Assembly (NCBI GenBank): GCA_017881915.1
Contig: JADGQK010000005.1
Span: forward strand, 1 to 63,219
Reading direction: 5' to 3'
DNA length: 63,219 nt
From: Chloroflexota bacterium
GTDB lineage: Bacteria > Chloroflexota > Limnocylindria > Limnocylindrales > CSP1-4
A program made the position numbers and the translations under genes. This document shows positions 60,834-63,219 of this stretch, one piece after another. Position 1 is the first letter of the stretch; each line of letters opens with the position of its first letter. The notes under the pieces were generated by a model, which was given only the letters and a program-made list of their open reading frames with translations, did not search any database and was not told the origin of the DNA.

Positions 60834-62201
60834 TTAGCTCAGGTTCCCTCCGGGCCGCCGACCTCTAGGACCCGGTTGCAGGCGGGCCTGCGCGCGGATG
60901 CCGTGGACGACCAGCAGCGGCAAGAGCCAGGAACTGGTCAACAGGGCTGCGATGATCGGGCCCACCAGCGCAGCCTCCTGGCCGACTACGCCAGCTAACA
61001 GGAAGACCAGGATGAGGCTGAGAACGCTCCGGAGGAGGAGGACCGCCGCGAGACTGCCCGCACGGCCGAGCCCGAACAGCAAGGTTTGGGTCACGTTCTC
61101 GAACGAGAAGGTGATGATCAGCCCTCCCGCGGCAACCAGGAGGTCGAAGGACATCGAGATCCGGCCGCCGGTCCACAGTTCGACGAATCTCTCGCCGCCT
61201 ACGACGACAACCAGGGCGGCAACGATCGCATACGCCATCACCAACGCCGCCCCACGACCGCCCGCCCTCGCGATCCAGTGAACATCGCCGTCTTTGGCCG
61301 CCTCCGCGATCGCCGGCCACAACGGCACCATGATGATCGCGACGATACTGAGAACCAGGGGAAGCACGCGTAGCACGAGAGCAGCCTCGGGTACCTGGGT
61401 CGTCCCCAGCTTCGCGGCCACGACAAGCAACCCGGCATCCAGCGATAGGAACGATGCGAACGAGATGGCGGCAAAGACGAGGCCACGCCCGGCGATCCGT
61501 GGAGCCGCCCGCCAGGCGATATCCCTGATCCTGCCCCACAGTCCTGGCTCGACGCGGTGGAGCACGAAGGCGGATACGGCTCTGCCGAGCACGACCGGAC
61601 CAAGGGTTGCGAGAACCATCGCACCGACTGTCGGGGCGATGATTGCCGCAGCCACGGTCGCCCCGATGGCGACCAGGGAGGACGCAAAACTCAGCAGGTT
61701 CGTCACGTACGAGCGCTGGAGCCCGAGGAGTCCGGAGTCAAACACGCCCCCGCCTACTGCCAGGCCGGTCGCGAGTCCCGCGAACAGGAGTGCCGTCTGG
61801 TCCGGCTGCCCTGCGGGCCTCGATAGGAACAGGAGCGAACCGCCCAGGAAGAAGACGCCCAGTAAAGCGCCGGATACGGACAGGGCAGTCATGAACGTCC
61901 CGCGCGTCTGGTCGGAGATGGGCCGGGAGCTGTCCGAGGCGATCCGCTCAGTGACGGCCGAGCCCAGGCCCACGAACAACGGCCCCAGCCAGCCGAATGC
62001 CGCGAGAACCACGGCAAACTGGCTGTACCCATCCGAGCCCACCGACGCGATGATCACGGGGACCGCAATGATCTGGTAGGCGACGGAACTAACCTTCGAC
62101 AGCGCCGAGGAGGCCACCGCGGCCAGCAGGCGACGTGCTCGGGCGCGAGACCGTATGTCGGGCTCAACCGACAGGTCAGCCACGATCCTTCCTCGCTCCA
62201 T
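60834..62201 (-). CDS. Polysaccharide/oligosaccharide flippase-like membrane protein (MOP/Wzx superfamily)
   Basis: The 455-aa product has about 12-14 TM segments. The N-terminus (…SALSKVSSVAYQIIAVPVII..VG…YSQFAV) is typical of Wzx-like polysaccharide biosynthesis proteins. Confidence 0.75.
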   Translation of the reverse strand: MERGRIVADLSVEPDIRSRARARRLLAAVASSALSKVSSVAYQIIAVPVIIASVGSDGYSQFAVVLAAFGWLGPLFVGLGSAVTERIASDSSRPISDQTRGTFMTALSVSGALLGVFFLGGSLLFLSRPAGQPDQTALLFAGLATGLAVGGGVFDSGLLGLQRSYVTNLLSFASSLVAIGATVAAAIIAPTVGAMVLATLGPVVLGRAVSAFVLHRVEPGLWGRIRDIAWRAAPRIAGRGLVFAAISFASFLSLDAGLLVVAAKLGTTQVPEAALVLRVLPLVLSIVAIIMVPLWPAIAEAAKDGDVHWIARAGGRGAALVMAYAIVAALVVVVGGERFVELWTGGRISMSFDLLVAAGGLIITFSFENVTQTLLFGLGRAGSLAAVLLLRSVLSLILVFLLAGVVGQEAALVGPIIAALLTSSWLLPLLVVHGIRAQARLQPGPRGRRPGGNLS

Positions 62202-62424
62202 TCGTGCGCCGGGGTTACCGACTCAAAGCGCTCCTGGGATCCGCCGGGTCATCGGTCGCGTGGCGCTCGAGCCGTCGCAAACCGGTTCTCGGCGGCGCGT
62301 GCCGCATTGTACTTGGGGTCGCGGAAACCAAGGCCCGGCTGTTCGTCCCCGTTGTCCACGACGACGCTCAGGGGCAGATCGGAGAAGTCAAGTAGGCTTC
62401 CAGACCTGCGCGAGGCTGCCCAAG

Positions 62425-63042
62425 ATGCTCACCGAGATCGTGCCCTATCAGGCTGACCACATTCCGGAGGTCCTGGCGTTCAATGCGCGGCTGCGTGCGG
62501 CCGGAGTGGACGTGGCGTTCGGGATGCGATCTCTGCTCCGCGAGACCAACGAGGTGCCCGCCAGATCACCGGGGTCGGGTCTCTTCGAAGAGTCATTTCT
62601 CGCCGTCGAGGGACAGGCGGTGCGCGGCGGATACATCCTCCAACACCAGGATTTCCTGCTGTACGGGAAAGTCGAGTCGATTGGTCTCTTCCGCCACCCT
62701 CTCTCCGAGGGCACGACAGACAGGCGCTACTCGCTCGTGGGCCCACGTCTTCTACGCGATGCGCTCAGGCGCCAGCCGCTTCTCCACGGAGCCGGCATCG
62801 GCGGGCACGACGTTGCGGCGGCTCGCCTGCTCAAGACGGCGGGGTTCGCGATCGTGACCGTGCCCTTTTACTTCCGGGTCGAGCATGCCGCTCGCTTCCT
62901 GCGCGAGGTTCGAATCCTGCGTTCCTCATCGCTCCGACGGCTGGCGGCCGATGTCGGGGCTGCGACGGGTATCGGTGCCGCGGGAATTGGGCTCGCGCAA
63001 CGCTATCGCTCGGGTCGCAGCAAACCTGGCGGAGCTTCATGA
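62425..63042 (+). CDS. GNAT-like (acyl-CoA N-acyltransferase fold) protein, apparently 3'-truncated
   Basis: The product begins MLTEIVPYQADHIPEVLAFNARLRAAG… The sequence after about 63005 (…GRSKPGGAS*) is the reverse complement of the SNF2 fragment, so the natural C-terminal part seems to be missing. Confidence 0.5.
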   Translation: MLTEIVPYQADHIPEVLAFNARLRAAGVDVAFGMRSLLRETNEVPARSPGSGLFEESFLAVEGQAVRGGYILQHQDFLLYGKVESIGLFRHPLSEGTTDRRYSLVGPRLLRDALRRQPLLHGAGIGGHDVAAARLLKTAGFAIVTVPFYFRVEHAARFLREVRILRSSSLRRLAADVGAATGIGAAGIGLAQRYRSGRSKPGGAS

Positions 63043-63219
63043 GCGCGTCGAGGATCGGGATCGTCGACGCCGCGAGCCCCTTCGTCCGGATGACTTTGCG
63101 AACGTCCGCGTGCGCGGCGATGCGAATGTGCTCGTAGAGCTCGCGCTGTTTGCCGCGAAGCTCGACGGGGTGAATCAGATCCGTCTTCGGCGGGAGCTCC
63201 TTGGCCACGTCGCGCTTCA
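63010..63219 (-). pseudogene. SNF2-family helicase fragment (N-terminal side continues past the window end; the helicase C-terminal domain is missing)
   Basis: The reverse frame reads …AKELPPKTDLIHPVELRGKQRELYEHIRIAAHADVRKVIRTKGLAASTIPILDALMKLRQVCCDP, the block that precedes the helicase-C domain in RapA/HepA-type SNF2 proteins. Homology stops at about 63010. The frame then runs through GNAT antisense sequence to a stop at 62831. Confidence 0.5.

Noticed and set aside
1-63219. A search for CRISPR arrays, rRNA or tRNA genes, transposases, integrases and prophage genes.
   Set aside because: I saw no regularly spaced direct repeats, no rRNA-like or cloverleaf-like conserved stretches in the few non-coding gaps, and no ORF with transposase, integrase or phage motifs. 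The only mobility-related hint is the truncated SNF2 fragment at the right edge. A tRNAscan/Infernal run would be needed for certainty.

Overview
The window is a GC-rich bacterial chromosomal segment. Third codon positions are almost all G/C and GGAGG-type Shine-Dalgarno sites are common, which suggests an Actinobacteria- or Chloroflexi/Thermomicrobia-like organism. I cannot assign it further without a database search.

I call about 65 protein-coding genes. I recognised no rRNA, tRNA, CRISPR array, transposase or integrase. Many very long ORFs in the track are antisense, Arg/Gly/Pro-rich artefacts of the high GC content and were rejected.

Gene content by region:
- (a) 1-2.7 kb: the start of a sugar ABC solute-binding gene, a LacI regulator with a tandem AAACCGGTTT operator, and an SMP-30 lactonase.
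- (b) 2.7-15 kb: a 12-gene minus-strand operon that joins an lsr-like core (LsrK, LsrF, and an Rpe homologue like LsrE) to a 2-hydroxyacid dehydrogenase, a VOC protein, a fold-type-III PLP enzyme, an SDR, a cyclase, an APC permease, a DUF4432 epimerase-like protein, a sugar isomerase and a lipoprotein. An LsrR/SorC regulator is transcribed divergently.
- (c) 16.3-23.7 kb: a RuBisCO-like protein (RLP) together with a TIM-like isomerase, an SDR, TPP-dependent E1 alpha/beta, a YhfZ-type regulator, a second SDR and a stand-alone lipoyl domain. The relic C-terminus of an E2 acyltransferase lies behind the TIM-like gene.
- (d) 23.8-28.4 kb: a CUT2-type sugar ABC importer led by an unknown protein.
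- (e) 28.8-32.6 kb: an FGGY kinase and two further PLP paralogues.
- (f) 32.6-40.3 kb: an AKR, a HAD, and a SorC / class II aldolase / CbbY-HAD / RpiB / DhaKL module.
- (g) 40.7-53 kb: a malic enzyme, a non-Pyl MttB homologue, an unknown fusion protein, flavodoxins, a PLDc_N / ABC-2 / proline dehydrogenase operon, DUF1918 and PPK2, and a split dimethylglycine-oxidase-like pair (GcvT-family protein and FAD oxidase).
- (h) 53-57 kb: small stress and membrane proteins, an XRE-TPR regulator next to a 41-codon ORF for a putative secreted peptide, and a Crp regulator.
- (i) 57-63 kb: a Zn-dependent alcohol dehydrogenase, an IlvD/Edd dehydratase, a receiver-like protein and a Wzx-like flippase. It ends at a junction between a truncated GNAT-like gene and a truncated SNF2 helicase fragment.

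The most interesting candidates are:
- the RLP / E1ab / orphan-lipoyl cluster with its E2 scar;
- the lsr-like operon, which lacks LsrG and LsrACDB;
- the HTH-TPR regulator plus pro-peptide pair, which resembles an RRNPP system;
- the fusion of an S51-like domain to a CysRS C-terminal-like domain.

All functional calls come from by-eye motif and family recognition. No searches were run.
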